Made by a program: the position numbers and the translations under genes. Below are positions 17,651 through 27,343 of a stretch of 58,846 nucleotides of DNA, one piece after another. The stretch is from Chloroflexota bacterium. Lineage in GTDB: Bacteria; Chloroflexota; Anaerolineae; Anaerolineales; Anaerolineaceae. A model generated the notes under the pieces. That model worked only from the letters and a program-made list of their open reading frames with translations. It ran no database searches and was not told where the DNA came from. The DNA lies in assembly GCA_034717715.1 (NCBI GenBank), contig JAYELT010000178.1, forward strand, positions 1-58,846, read 5' to 3'. Position 1 is the first letter of the stretch. Each line of letters starts with the position of its first letter.

Positions 17651-19405
17651 TCATGCTTGCCAAACAAGTTTTCCACCGATAAAGGTCATTTCCACAGTAT
17701 AAGTCAATGCCAGGTCATGTGCTGATAATGCCGATGGGTTTTGTGGCCAGACGATGAAATCCGCAAATTTACCTGGTTCCAAGGAGCCCAACACCTGCTC
17801 CTGGTGCCCCGCATAAGCCGCTTCGATGGTGTGCGCCCGCAATGCTTCTGAAAAAGTCATCACCTGTTCCGGGGCAATAGGGGTCTTGTTGAAAGTGTAG
17901 CGTGTCATTGCACCAGCCAATGTCGCTTGCGGATGGTAAAACGGTGTTGAGGGGGCATCAGACCCAATCGCCAGGTGCAGCCCTGCTTCCAGCCATTCCC
18001 GGGTCACCATGATGCGATCCATTCGCTGCTCACCAAACAATCCCTGCCATCCATCCCCAAAGAGGTAGATAAACGCCGGCTGCGTGCTGACCACGACGCC
18101 CAGGTCCTTCATCTTTTGTGTCGCCTGCGGCGTGGTTAACACAGCATGCTCAATCCGGTGGCGAGGGTCAGATCGCGGATTTGCATTCATAGCACCTTCA
18201 TAGACATCCAACACAAGGTCACAGGCAGCATCGCCAATGCAGTGCACACAGATCTGCAAACCGGTATCATGTAAACTCTTGACGGTATCCTTAAACATTT
18301 GCTGATCCCAGGTTGTCATCTGCCATTCATTGCCGTTATGGGGTTGGTGGGTAAAGGCAGTGGGACCCTGGCCGTCAATCAGGAATTTATAGCCCATAAA
18401 ACGAGTTACATCATTGCGGATCACGTCCACCTGGTCAATCCTGTTCAGATCGGAAGGCCACTCCAGCGTTAGGTAGAGGTTATTTCGAAGATAGAGCTCC
18501 CCCTGGTTAGACATCTCTTGATATGCACGTAACGCATCCAGATCACGGATGTTATTATCATGGAAACAAGTCAGACCGCAAGATGCCATAAGCGTCTGTG
18601 TGTCAATTATGGATTGACGTACCAAATTATCAGTAATGGGTGGTGCGGCTTTCCGAAGGACATCCATTGCACGATGGTTAAAGAAAACACCCGTCAACTC
18701 ACCATTCACTTTCTCGATGATGCCCCCTTCCGGACTGGGCGTATTGGGTGTGATATCTGCGAGTTCCAAAGCCACGCTGTTCGCAGTTCCCCAGTGTCCC
18801 CCAATATGCATCATAAAGACTGGATTTTCAGGTGATATGGGATCCAGATCTTCTTTGGTTGGAATAGGTTTATCCCTCAGCCCCATATAATAACCATTGA
18901 TCCACTCACCAGGCTGCGTGCCCTTGATGACATCGCTGAGTTTCAGCTGCATGCTTGGGATATCAACAACATCCGGTGGATTAAATGGTGTGTAGTAGGA
19001 TGTCATTAAGCCATACCCGCGAAAATGCAGGTGCGGATCAATCAATCCTGGGGTTACCGTGCGCCCTGACAGGTCAATAACCTGCGCATCCGCAGCAGCT
19101 ATAGCAAGCATTGCTTCATTTGTACCGGTCATCAGGATGTGTTTACCTGAGACCGCCAGAGCTTGTACTACCGTATCTTGCGCATCTACGGTGCATATAT
19201 TCCCATTAATCAAAACAAGGTTCGCTCGAGAGCCTTCTGGGAGACCAGCCGGTGCTTGAGTGTCAATTGTCATTGGCACGGCAGTGTCTGTCGGTATGAC
19301 TGGTGTGGATTCCCCACTTTTTCGACAGGCCAGTACAAGTCCACCCAGACTGGCTGCCGCTAATTTCAAGAATTCACTTCGTGTAAGAATTTTTTTCTTG
19401 GCCAC
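17651..19405 (-). CDS. Amidohydrolase family 3 (YtcJ-like) with Tat-like lipoprotein signal
   Basis: PGLIDPHLH, YKFLIDG, VHCIGD, RIEHA, GSDAP, GSLEPGKFADF; N-terminus TRSEFLK...VLAC. Confidence 0.88.
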   Translation of the reverse strand: MAKKKILTRSEFLKLAAASLGGLVLACRKSGESTPVIPTDTAVPMTIDTQAPAGLPEGSRANLVLINGNICTVDAQDTVVQALAVSGKHILMTGTNEAMLAIAAADAQVIDLSGRTVTPGLIDPHLHFRGYGLMTSYYTPFNPPDVVDIPSMQLKLSDVIKGTQPGEWINGYYMGLRDKPIPTKEDLDPISPENPVFMMHIGGHWGTANSVALELADITPNTPSPEGGIIEKVNGELTGVFFNHRAMDVLRKAAPPITDNLVRQSIIDTQTLMASCGLTCFHDNNIRDLDALRAYQEMSNQGELYLRNNLYLTLEWPSDLNRIDQVDVIRNDVTRFMGYKFLIDGQGPTAFTHQPHNGNEWQMTTWDQQMFKDTVKSLHDTGLQICVHCIGDAACDLVLDVYEGAMNANPRSDPRHRIEHAVLTTPQATQKMKDLGVVVSTQPAFIYLFGDGWQGLFGEQRMDRIMVTREWLEAGLHLAIGSDAPSTPFYHPQATLAGAMTRYTFNKTPIAPEQVMTFSEALRAHTIEAAYAGHQEQVLGSLEPGKFADFIVWPQNPSALSAHDLALTYTVEMTFIGGKLVWQA

Positions 19406-19622
19406 AGCACCCTCTTTTTCTTCGCACCTAATCTCAGTTTGTATTCTTTATTATGCCATAATTTCCGATAGCTTTTCAACCCATAACAGGCGAGGAAGTT
19501 CCGAAGAACAAATTTCCAACCACTCTCTGCCAAAATCGAGACGTAATTTTGGCTAAAAATAAGATCAAAATTCTTGGAGTCGGTTACCTCTCAGATTCTC
19601 CCCCAAGTGATACACTAATAAT

Positions 19623-20363
19623 TTGGAAAAAGGAATTCGCTTGAAAATCCCACCCAACTTTCAATTAGCCATCCAGTTCCTCGAACCATGCGCACAGGTC
19701 ATTGATTATGATCCTGCGATCGTGAAAGCTAAGCTGCATTCCGCTCTTTCCATCTTACCCATCTCCATTGTCATCATCGGATGGGATGTCCCAGAGAATT
19801 TTGTTGACATTTGCCGGCAGGAAACAAGTAAGACAGGGATTAAACTTTACCGCTGGCAGCCACTGCTCACAAGCGACGGCGAGCTGCCTGTCAGGGAAGA
19901 TTCCCGTGTCATTGGATTGAATAGGATTCCCGTCCCCGGGTTTAACAACATGCCCTCTTTCACTTTCATGTGTCCGAATCATGTACACTATAGAGAACAA
20001 TACTGGAGCATATAGCAGACATCCTTCTTCCAGATTGCCGGCTTTCCCCTCCCGACAGATCGATCAGTGTTGATGGAAAAGGGGCTGGATTCCATTGCCC
20101 TCACCAAAGAGATAGCAAAAGCAAAGCGTTCATCCTCCAAACCACTCCTCGAGGGCATTGAACTTGTTGAACTTCCCAAGATTACCTGGATTGATCAGGA
20201 TCAGTTGGAAAAAGATATTCAAGCAATTTTGCAAAGCGCGGCTGATGGGATCGTCATTTCCTGGGACCTATGGCATATCAAAACAGAGCACCTTAAAACC
20301 TTGAGGGATATTATTTATACTCATTCGTCCCAGGGGGGTAATAATCCTAATTCATCCTTCTAG
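19623..20363 (+). pseudogene. Fragmented hypothetical gene (possibly a glycoside-hydrolase-like TIM barrel)
   Basis: Two fragments (LYRWQPLL...FTFMCPNH; LLEGIELVE...ADGIVISWDLWHI) separated by a TAG at 20013-20015 and a scrambled junction suggesting an internal deletion. Confidence 0.5.
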
Positions 20364-20576
20364 CGTATTGATCTCCTCAACACATTAGATAAGTTAAATC
20401 AAATTCAGGAAAGTCTTGACACTTGAAAAACACAGCAGCATTAATCAAAATAATATTTCAGTTACCCTTGCTACACATTCCACGCCATCTGCCATTTGTG
20501 CGCCAGTTCTACACCCATTCGATTGACCTCCTAATTAATGGACTCTAGACTTCCAATATAAGGAATAAATCTAATT

Positions 20577-21473
20577 TTATTTTCCCCACGTATCTTTAAA
20601 GAAAGTTAGGACGGCATCCAGATAGAGCTTTGAACAGTCTCGGAATAATTCCGCATGACTGCAGTTATCAAAAAGAACCAATTTTGCATGCGGGACGGCA
20701 GCTGCCAATCGCTGCGCATGGCTGACCGGGATCATTTCATCTGTTTCACTGTGGAGGATTAACACCGGTCTCGGCTTAACCTGCACAATATCTTCCACAG
20801 GCTTCACATCCTGGGGATTGATACCGTACAGGATCTTCCACATCAAAAAGACACCTGGCAGGAAAAGCATTGGCAAGCCGCTCTCTTTTGTCCAATTCGG
20901 TGCCACCAAATCAATCAAATCAGCAAAGGTGCTTTCCACCGCCAATGCACCAACAGCAGTTTCCTTTGCCGCCGCGCCAATTACAGCAGAGCCGCCCAAA
21001 GAGATGCCCAATACAGCGATTCTTCCCGGCAAGAATCCCTCATCCAGGAGATAATCGACAGCACCGAGTACATCCCACTGCTCATAGACTCCCCAGGTAT
21101 AGCGCTTCCCCTCACTCTCACCATGTCCACGCAGATCCATCATCAAGACATTGAAACCCGCACAATGAAGTTCTGCAGCCAACTCAGGCAATTTGCCAGA
21201 AATCGCGTTTTGTTTACTGGCATTCCTGCCATGGACAAGGATAATCGAACGATCTGTGTCCTCATTAGGAACAAACCATGCTGCTAGCCGCAGCTTATCC
21301 CTCCTGGAGGGAAAATGGACTGTTTCAAAATCCAATCCAAAGGTGCCTGGATCCTGATCATATTGGGGGTGCTCGCCTACTTTTGTCATCGTCACAGCGG
21401 CATATGTCCCCACGCCAAAATAGATAAGAATAACCACCAGAAAGACCAAAATAAACCAAAACAGAAAATTCAT
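20577..21473 (-). CDS. Membrane-anchored alpha/beta hydrolase
   Basis: N-terminal TM; ILVHG, DLRGHGESEG, GISLG nucleophile elbow, HSETDEMIP, SHAE. Confidence 0.88.
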   Translation of the reverse strand: MNFLFWFILVFLVVILIYFGVGTYAAVTMTKVGEHPQYDQDPGTFGLDFETVHFPSRRDKLRLAAWFVPNEDTDRSIILVHGRNASKQNAISGKLPELAAELHCAGFNVLMMDLRGHGESEGKRYTWGVYEQWDVLGAVDYLLDEGFLPGRIAVLGISLGGSAVIGAAAKETAVGALAVESTFADLIDLVAPNWTKESGLPMLFLPGVFLMWKILYGINPQDVKPVEDIVQVKPRPVLILHSETDEMIPVSHAQRLAAAVPHAKLVLFDNCSHAELFRDCSKLYLDAVLTFFKDTWGK

Positions 21474-21493
21474 TGATTAGTACTCTTGAATAA

Positions 21494-22501
21494 TCACTGT
21501 TTACGATGTTTCTTCATTAAGAGGTCTTCTTTCTCATCCTCCGAAAGAAACGCCACTTCCAGCGCATGCTCCTGTGCCTTGCGGGTATCCTCGGAGGTCA
21601 GTCCAGCTGCTTCTGCCGCGATCGTAAACTCATGTTCCAAGGTCACCGGGCTGATACCAGGGTCATCCGTGTTGATCGTAGCCAGCAAGCCTAAATCCAA
21701 AAAAGTTTTAAGCGGGTGGTCTGCATAACTGGCAACAGTATTCGTGTGAACATTGCTGGTCAGATTCACCTCAATCCCAATCCGTTCCGCACGCATAAAA
21801 TCGACCAATCCCGGATCTTCCAATATGCGTACAGCATGACCGATCCGGCTGGCGCTCAAATCCTTGAGAGCGTGCCTCACGCTCTCCGGACCATCAGATT
21901 CACCTGCGTGCACGGTGATCCCCCAGCCAACCTCCTTTGCTTTCGCAAAATGCGGTCTGAACAATTGAGCAGGATATTTCGCTTCATCCCCTGCTAAATC
22001 CAATCCGACAATAGCATTTTGATAAGCCAGCAATGCATTCAGTTCTTTGTAAGCCGTTTCAACACCATAAGTCCGGCTGATGATGCCAATCAGGTTCACC
22101 TGGATGTCCGGGAACGCATCACGCCCCTGTTGAATGCCATCAACGACCGCTTCAACCACGCCTTGGGGATTCAGGTCGTGCGGCTCAGCCATGAAAATCG
22201 GGCTGAAGCGCAGCTCAATATAATCAATGCCCTCTGCCTGTGCATCCGCTACATTTTCAAATGCCACACGAGAACAGGCTTCATAGTTAACAATGATCGA
22301 AGTCAGCAATGCAAACTTTTTGAAATATTCCGATATGTCAGATAGGGGTTCCGTCACCTGGACATGAGGTCGTAAGCCTTCCAGTGTGTCTGCCGGCAGA
22401 GGAATACCATATGCCTGACCCAACTCCAAGATCGTTTCAAGCCTTACGTTGCCATCCAAATGGCGGTGAAGATCAATAAGTGGTAAATCAGCATGGATCA
22501 T
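21494..22501 (-). CDS. add: Adenosine deaminase
   Basis: LIDLHRHLDGN, YIELRFSP, DLAGDE, TVHAGE, RIGHA, INTDDP. Confidence 0.93.
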   Translation of the reverse strand: MIHADLPLIDLHRHLDGNVRLETILELGQAYGIPLPADTLEGLRPHVQVTEPLSDISEYFKKFALLTSIIVNYEACSRVAFENVADAQAEGIDYIELRFSPIFMAEPHDLNPQGVVEAVVDGIQQGRDAFPDIQVNLIGIISRTYGVETAYKELNALLAYQNAIVGLDLAGDEAKYPAQLFRPHFAKAKEVGWGITVHAGESDGPESVRHALKDLSASRIGHAVRILEDPGLVDFMRAERIGIEVNLTSNVHTNTVASYADHPLKTFLDLGLLATINTDDPGISPVTLEHEFTIAAEAAGLTSEDTRKAQEHALEVAFLSEDEKEDLLMKKHRKQ

Positions 22502-22583
22502 AATGATATCTCATGTAAGATTGGCGATTGTGATTAGTATTATAATTTATCCCAACATTGAAAAAGGAGCAAGGAGAACCTGA

Positions 22584-22964
22584 ATGTCCATTGTTCATCA
22601 CTTTACCGGAAATTCTTCTGCTGAGAATTATTCATAGGAAAACATACAGCCAGAAGAGATCAACTTTCATGAGGTTCAGGGAGTCGTAAAGCATGTCCTG
22701 GTCGGTCCCAAGGAAAGCGCTCCTAACTTCATCATACGGTACTTTCAAGTCCCTGTGGGTGGTTGTACATTCTTCCATGAACACGCCCACGAACACGGCA
22801 TGTTGATCCTCCATGGCCGCGCAAAAATCCAGATCAATGAGGATTACCATGAGCTAACTCCCCTGGATGCGGTCTTTGTGTCAGGGGATGATCTTCACCA
22901 ACTCACAAATATCGGGGACACCCCCCTGGGGTTCATCTGCATTATTCCTCGATTGGAGGCGTGA
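22584..22964 (+). pseudogene. Cupin-2 (TM1459-like) protein with in-frame amber stop at codon 18
   Basis: ATG 22584 with upstream AGGAG; MSIVHHFTG..NYS*ENI...APNFIIRYF..HEHAHEHG...HQL..PLGFICIIP; TAG at 22635-22637. Confidence 0.75.
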
Positions 22965-23851
22965 TCATGACATCAACAGTGCAGCATCTATTCTCTGTTC
23001 AGAATGAGCTGGGGGAAGGCCCAATGTGGTATCCCGAAGAGAAATGTCTCTATTGGGTTGATATCACTGCTGGTGACCTGTTCAAATCAGCCCCATCCTT
23101 ATCAACTTTCAAGAAATATCATTTTAATACAATGATCGGGGCATTTGGATTCCGAGAAGGTAGCGGAATGGTTCTGGCAACCAGCCAGGGCTTTTCCCTT
23201 TGGAAGGAGGATCAACCCTCACTCGAAACCCTTTGGAATCCACTGCCAGACCGAGAGGATGTTCGGATGAACGATGGCAAGGTTGACCCCGCTGGACGTT
23301 TTTGGGCTGGCAGTATGTATGATAATCATCGAGAGGGCAAATTGTATCGTTTGGACCCGGATGGTTCTCAGCACGTCATCTTGCATCATATTGGCATCTC
23401 CAACGGATTGGGATGGAGTCCGGATCGCAAAACCATGTACTATACAGACTCGATCCAATACACGATCTTTGCTTACGATTATGACCTCGAAACAGGCAAA
23501 ATATCCAACCAGCGTCCATTCATACAACTCCCTGAAGATGATCGGGGAATTGTTCCCGATGGTTTGTGTGTGGATGTGGACGGCTGCATCTGGAGCGCTC
23601 ATTGGAACGGTTGGGAGGTTGTTCGCTACGATCCGCAAGGTAAACCGATCATGAAGATCGAGGTTCCCGCCCAGCAGGTCACCTCCTGCTGCTTTGGTGG
23701 TGAGAAACTGGATCAACTGTTCATCACCACCGCCAGAATTGATCTTTCGGTTGAGGCGTTAGCGCAACAACCGCTCGCTGGAGATCTCTTCATCTTTCAT
23801 ACGGACACACAGGGTCAGAAGACAAATTATTTCGGAGAAATGGAAAACTAA
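22961..23851 (+). CDS. SMP-30/gluconolactonase/LRE family lactonase
   Basis: LGEGPMW, RMNDGKVDPAGRFWAGSM, SNGLGWSPD, PDGLCVD, TSCCFGG. Confidence 0.92.
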   Translation: MIMTSTVQHLFSVQNELGEGPMWYPEEKCLYWVDITAGDLFKSAPSLSTFKKYHFNTMIGAFGFREGSGMVLATSQGFSLWKEDQPSLETLWNPLPDREDVRMNDGKVDPAGRFWAGSMYDNHREGKLYRLDPDGSQHVILHHIGISNGLGWSPDRKTMYYTDSIQYTIFAYDYDLETGKISNQRPFIQLPEDDRGIVPDGLCVDVDGCIWSAHWNGWEVVRYDPQGKPIMKIEVPAQQVTSCCFGGEKLDQLFITTARIDLSVEALAQQPLAGDLFIFHTDTQGQKTNYFGEMEN

Positions 23852-23861
23852 AGGAGTAACG

Positions 23862-24824
23862 ATGCAGATTGGTGTTTTAACCGCCTTATACCAGGACCTC
23901 ACATTTATCCAAGTTCTGGACAAGGTCAAAGCAATTGGGATCACAGCTGTTGAATTAGGCACCGGCGCGTATGCACCAAATCCACATATTGATTTGGATC
24001 GGATGTTGGAAAACAAAGCGGCGCGGGAAGCCTATCTTAACGAGCTTGATGATCGTGGAATAATCATCAGTGCATTAAGCTGTCATGGCAATCCGATCCA
24101 TCCGAATCCCGAAGTAGCGAATAAAGCTGATAGGATCTATCGAAAAACAGTTCAACTGGCGATGCTTATGGAAATCCCGGTCGTGAATACATTTTCCGGT
24201 TTGCCATCAGGATGCCCGGGTGACAAAATGCCAAACTGGGTGACCTGTCCATGGCCGCCGCACTTCCTGGAGATTTTAAAATACCAATGGGATGAGGTTG
24301 CAATACCGTATTGGAAAGGTGCAACTGATTTTGCTGCTGACCATGGTGTCAAGATCGGTATTGAGATACATCCCGGAATGCTGATCTACAACGTGGAAAC
24401 CATGCTGCGAATGCGAAACGAGGCTGGCCCAGCCCTTGGCACAAATTTTGACCCAAGCCACCTGTTTTGGAATGGTGTAGAACCCATTGCAGCTATACGA
24501 AAACTGGGTAATGCCATCCACCATGTCCATGGCAAAGATTGCTACGTTGACATCCAAAACATTGCTGTAAACGGGTGTAACGATCACAAACCCTATGAAC
24601 AGATCGCCGATCGGTCCTGGACATTTCGCACCATCGGGTACGGTCACGATCTAAAATTCTGGAAGGATTTTGTCAGCGCCCTCAGGTTAGTGGGCTACGA
24701 CTATGTCATCTCAATTGAACATGAAGATGCCATGATGTCCATGGAAGAAGGCCTTTCTAAGGCAGTTGCACTATTAAAAGAAGCTGTGATCACAGATCCC
24801 CCCGGTGAGATGTATTGGGCATAA
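23862..24824 (+). CDS. Xylose-isomerase-like TIM-barrel sugar phosphate isomerase/epimerase
   Basis: ALSCHGNPIHP, IEIHPG, NFDPSHLFW, HVHGKD, WTFRTIGYG, ISIEHED. Confidence 0.88.
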   Translation: MQIGVLTALYQDLTFIQVLDKVKAIGITAVELGTGAYAPNPHIDLDRMLENKAAREAYLNELDDRGIIISALSCHGNPIHPNPEVANKADRIYRKTVQLAMLMEIPVVNTFSGLPSGCPGDKMPNWVTCPWPPHFLEILKYQWDEVAIPYWKGATDFAADHGVKIGIEIHPGMLIYNVETMLRMRNEAGPALGTNFDPSHLFWNGVEPIAAIRKLGNAIHHVHGKDCYVDIQNIAVNGCNDHKPYEQIADRSWTFRTIGYGHDLKFWKDFVSALRLVGYDYVISIEHEDAMMSMEEGLSKAVALLKEAVITDPPGEMYWA

Positions 24825-24828
24825 GGTT

Positions 24829-25626
24829 GTGACCGGACCTGAAGCTATTTTATGTATTGATATTGACGGAACCTTACTTGACGAGCATGAAAGAATGCAT
24901 CCTGAAGACGTCAAGGTTCTACATCATTTTCCAGAATTTATCCAACCGGTGATCACAACCGGCAGGAACCTGAATTCAACCAAAGCTGTTTTTCGACAAA
25001 ACGGCCTGTTCAACTCTCTTGATCTGCCCTGGCCAGGTGTTTTCTTAAATGGCGGAGCTGGGTACCTTCCCTTTGAAAAAGGCCTTATCCAGAATTGCTT
25101 CACCAAAACAACACGAGAAACTTTGATCACGCTTGCTTTGGCATTCCCGGAGACAAGTTTTACATTTTTTACTATTGATGCAGTCTATCTGGTGAATCCC
25201 AACCAATTTTCCAGTCACATCGCCCAGATTCACTACCTGAATGCTATTGAGTCACGGGCACATGATATCCCGGAGGGGATCATAAAAGTGATGATCCTGG
25301 AACAAGACCCAGACGTATTGAAAAGGATCCAGAAGGAGACGAGAGACTGGGAAGCAGAAATGGGATATACCTTATCCTATGCCTACGAGATCAATCCAAC
25401 CGGGATCACGAAAGCCAACACGCTAATGGCCGTTCTTGAAGCTTTGGACCTCATAAGATTACCAATTTTCATAGTTGGGGATGCTGAAAATGATCTATCA
25501 TTATTCAAACTCGCTCAAAAAAGCTTCGCACCAAATACAGCCCATAAAACAGTCATGGAGTGTGCAGATCACATCATCCAACGTGAAACACGTGGGATTC
25601 TAATCCCAATTCTGGAAGAGATATAA
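24829..25626 (+). CDS. Cof-type HAD phosphatase
   Basis: CIDIDGTLL, TTGR, NGG, GITKA, VGDAENDLSLF; start probably GTG 24829. Confidence 0.85.
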   Translation: MTGPEAILCIDIDGTLLDEHERMHPEDVKVLHHFPEFIQPVITTGRNLNSTKAVFRQNGLFNSLDLPWPGVFLNGGAGYLPFEKGLIQNCFTKTTRETLITLALAFPETSFTFFTIDAVYLVNPNQFSSHIAQIHYLNAIESRAHDIPEGIIKVMILEQDPDVLKRIQKETRDWEAEMGYTLSYAYEINPTGITKANTLMAVLEALDLIRLPIFIVGDAENDLSLFKLAQKSFAPNTAHKTVMECADHIIQRETRGILIPILEEI

Positions 25627-25636
25627 ATTATGAGGT

Positions 25637-26425
25637 TTACCCGAAACGACCTGAGATATAGTCTTCGGTCAGTTTCTCTTCCGGGTATGTGAATACTTTC
25701 GAGGTTTCCCCACATTCAACAAGATAGCCGGCTCGGTCTTCATCCATATTAATAAAAGCGGTGAAATCAGAAGACCGTGCTGCCTGCTGCATGTTGTGGG
25801 TCACAATAAGGATCGTGAAATCTATTTTTAATTCTTGAAGAAGCTCTTCAATCTTCAATGTAGATATCGGGTCCAGGGATGAGGCTGGTTCATCCATCAA
25901 CAAAACATCCGGCTCTACTGCCAAAGCCCTAGCGATACATAAACGCTGCTGCTGCCCACCCGAGAGTGCAAGTGCAGACTTCGTTAAATCATCCTTAACC
26001 TCATCCCACAAAACAGACTGACGCAAGCTGCGTTCAACGATATCATTCAATTCAGTCATTGATTTCAAACCATGCGCCCTTGGACCATAGGCAACATTGT
26101 CAAAAATTGATTTTGGAAAAGGGTTTGGCCGCTGGAATATCATCCCCACCGATTTTCGTAGATCAACGATATCCATCTTGCGGATATCATTGGCATCTTT
26201 GTTTATTTTCCCATTGGTCGTCACATTAGGAATCAAATCATTCATCCGATTGAAAGCACGGAGAAAAGTTGATTTACCACAGCCTGAAGGTCCAATGATG
26301 GATGTTATCGCATTGGCTTTGATCTGTAAATTGATGTCTTTTAATGCCCGAAAGTCACCATAGTTTACTTCCAGGTTTTCAACTTCAAATTTGTAGTGAT
26401 TATTACGATCAGCCATCGGAATCAC
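25637..26425 (-). CDS. pstB: Phosphate ABC transporter ATPase
   Basis: [58 protein letters not shown]. Confidence 0.96.
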   Translation of the reverse strand: MIPMADRNNHYKFEVENLEVNYGDFRALKDINLQIKANAITSIIGPSGCGKSTFLRAFNRMNDLIPNVTTNGKINKDANDIRKMDIVDLRKSVGMIFQRPNPFPKSIFDNVAYGPRAHGLKSMTELNDIVERSLRQSVLWDEVKDDLTKSALALSGGQQQRLCIARALAVEPDVLLMDEPASSLDPISTLKIEELLQELKIDFTILIVTHNMQQAARSSDFTAFINMDEDRAGYLVECGETSKVFTYPEEKLTEDYISGRFG

Positions 26426-27342
26426 TTTAGTCCCGTCAAACGAGATGTCAACCGTCGTGAAAGGATATTAATTACCAGGTTCAAAAGTATGATCGTGATG
26501 ATCAAAATCGCTGCTGTTCCCATGGCTTTATCAAAGGCTCTCGTCTCTGATGCCAACATATAAACATGGAGAGCCATGGAACGACCAGAATTCATAATCG
26601 ACTTGGGCAAATGATAGCTGCCGCCTAATGTGACCCAGAATATTGCGGTTTCAGCTATGATCCTCCCGACACTTAATACGATCCCTGTTACAATCCCGGG
26701 TAGTGCAGTAGGCAGGACAACATTGAAAATCGTGTACCACTTGGTCGCTCCCAGGGAAAGGCTGCCTTCACGGTAGGATCTCGGCACCGTCAACAAAGCT
26801 TCCTCGCTGGTGCGGATGATCGTCGGTAAAACCAAAGCTGCTCCACTAAGTGAAGCAGAAAGCAATGAAAACCCTAATTTCATATATGAAACGAATAAGG
26901 CAAAACCAAACAGGCCAAAAATAATTGAAGGCACACCTGCCAGGATCTCCACACTTGATCTGGAAGCTTTAACCAGGAAATCGATGATCTTGCTCCCCCG
27001 CAAGGCGTCTCCGGCATACTCGACTAAATAGATTGCAGCACCAATACCAAGAGGTGTCGCAATCACTAGAGTCAGGATAACCAGGTAAAGCGTAGTCACA
27101 ATTGTTGTTGACATCCCACCTTCACCAGAAACGCCGCCAGCTGGTCGTGTGGTCAAGAAATCGAGGTTAATCACCTGCAAACCCTGTGAAAGCACATAAC
27201 CAACGATCCAGAAGACAACTGCCATTGCCAATATACCGCACAGCCAAACGAGTGCATATCCAAAGATTTGAATAGTGTTTTGCCGTTTCAGATTTCTCTT
27301 GTTTTTTGCAAGTTCAACAACGGACCCGACTTCAGCTCTCAC
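26422..27342 (-). CDS. pstA: Phosphate ABC transporter permease
   Basis: [39 protein letters not shown]; operon position. Confidence 0.93.
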   Translation of the reverse strand: MRAEVGSVVELAKNKRNLKRQNTIQIFGYALVWLCGILAMAVVFWIVGYVLSQGLQVINLDFLTTRPAGGVSGEGGMSTTIVTTLYLVILTLVIATPLGIGAAIYLVEYAGDALRGSKIIDFLVKASRSSVEILAGVPSIIFGLFGFALFVSYMKLGFSLLSASLSGAALVLPTIIRTSEEALLTVPRSYREGSLSLGATKWYTIFNVVLPTALPGIVTGIVLSVGRIIAETAIFWVTLGGSYHLPKSIMNSGRSMALHVYMLASETRAFDKAMGTAAILIITIILLNLVINILSRRLTSRLTGLK

Positions 27343-27343
27343 G

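Noticed and set aside
1812-22637. Genome-wide TAG recoding (alternative genetic code or pyrrolysine)
   Set aside because: Intact genes end in TAG at their expected C-termini (4460, 9999, 13857, 27344, 42399); the interrupted positions imply different residues (W, K, Q/E); no pyl genes in the window
22584-22964. Cupin as the MTXu-5-P methylsulfurylase partner of the RLP
   Set aside because: It is 18 kb away in another operon, looks like a generic TM1459-type cupin, and is interrupted by a stop
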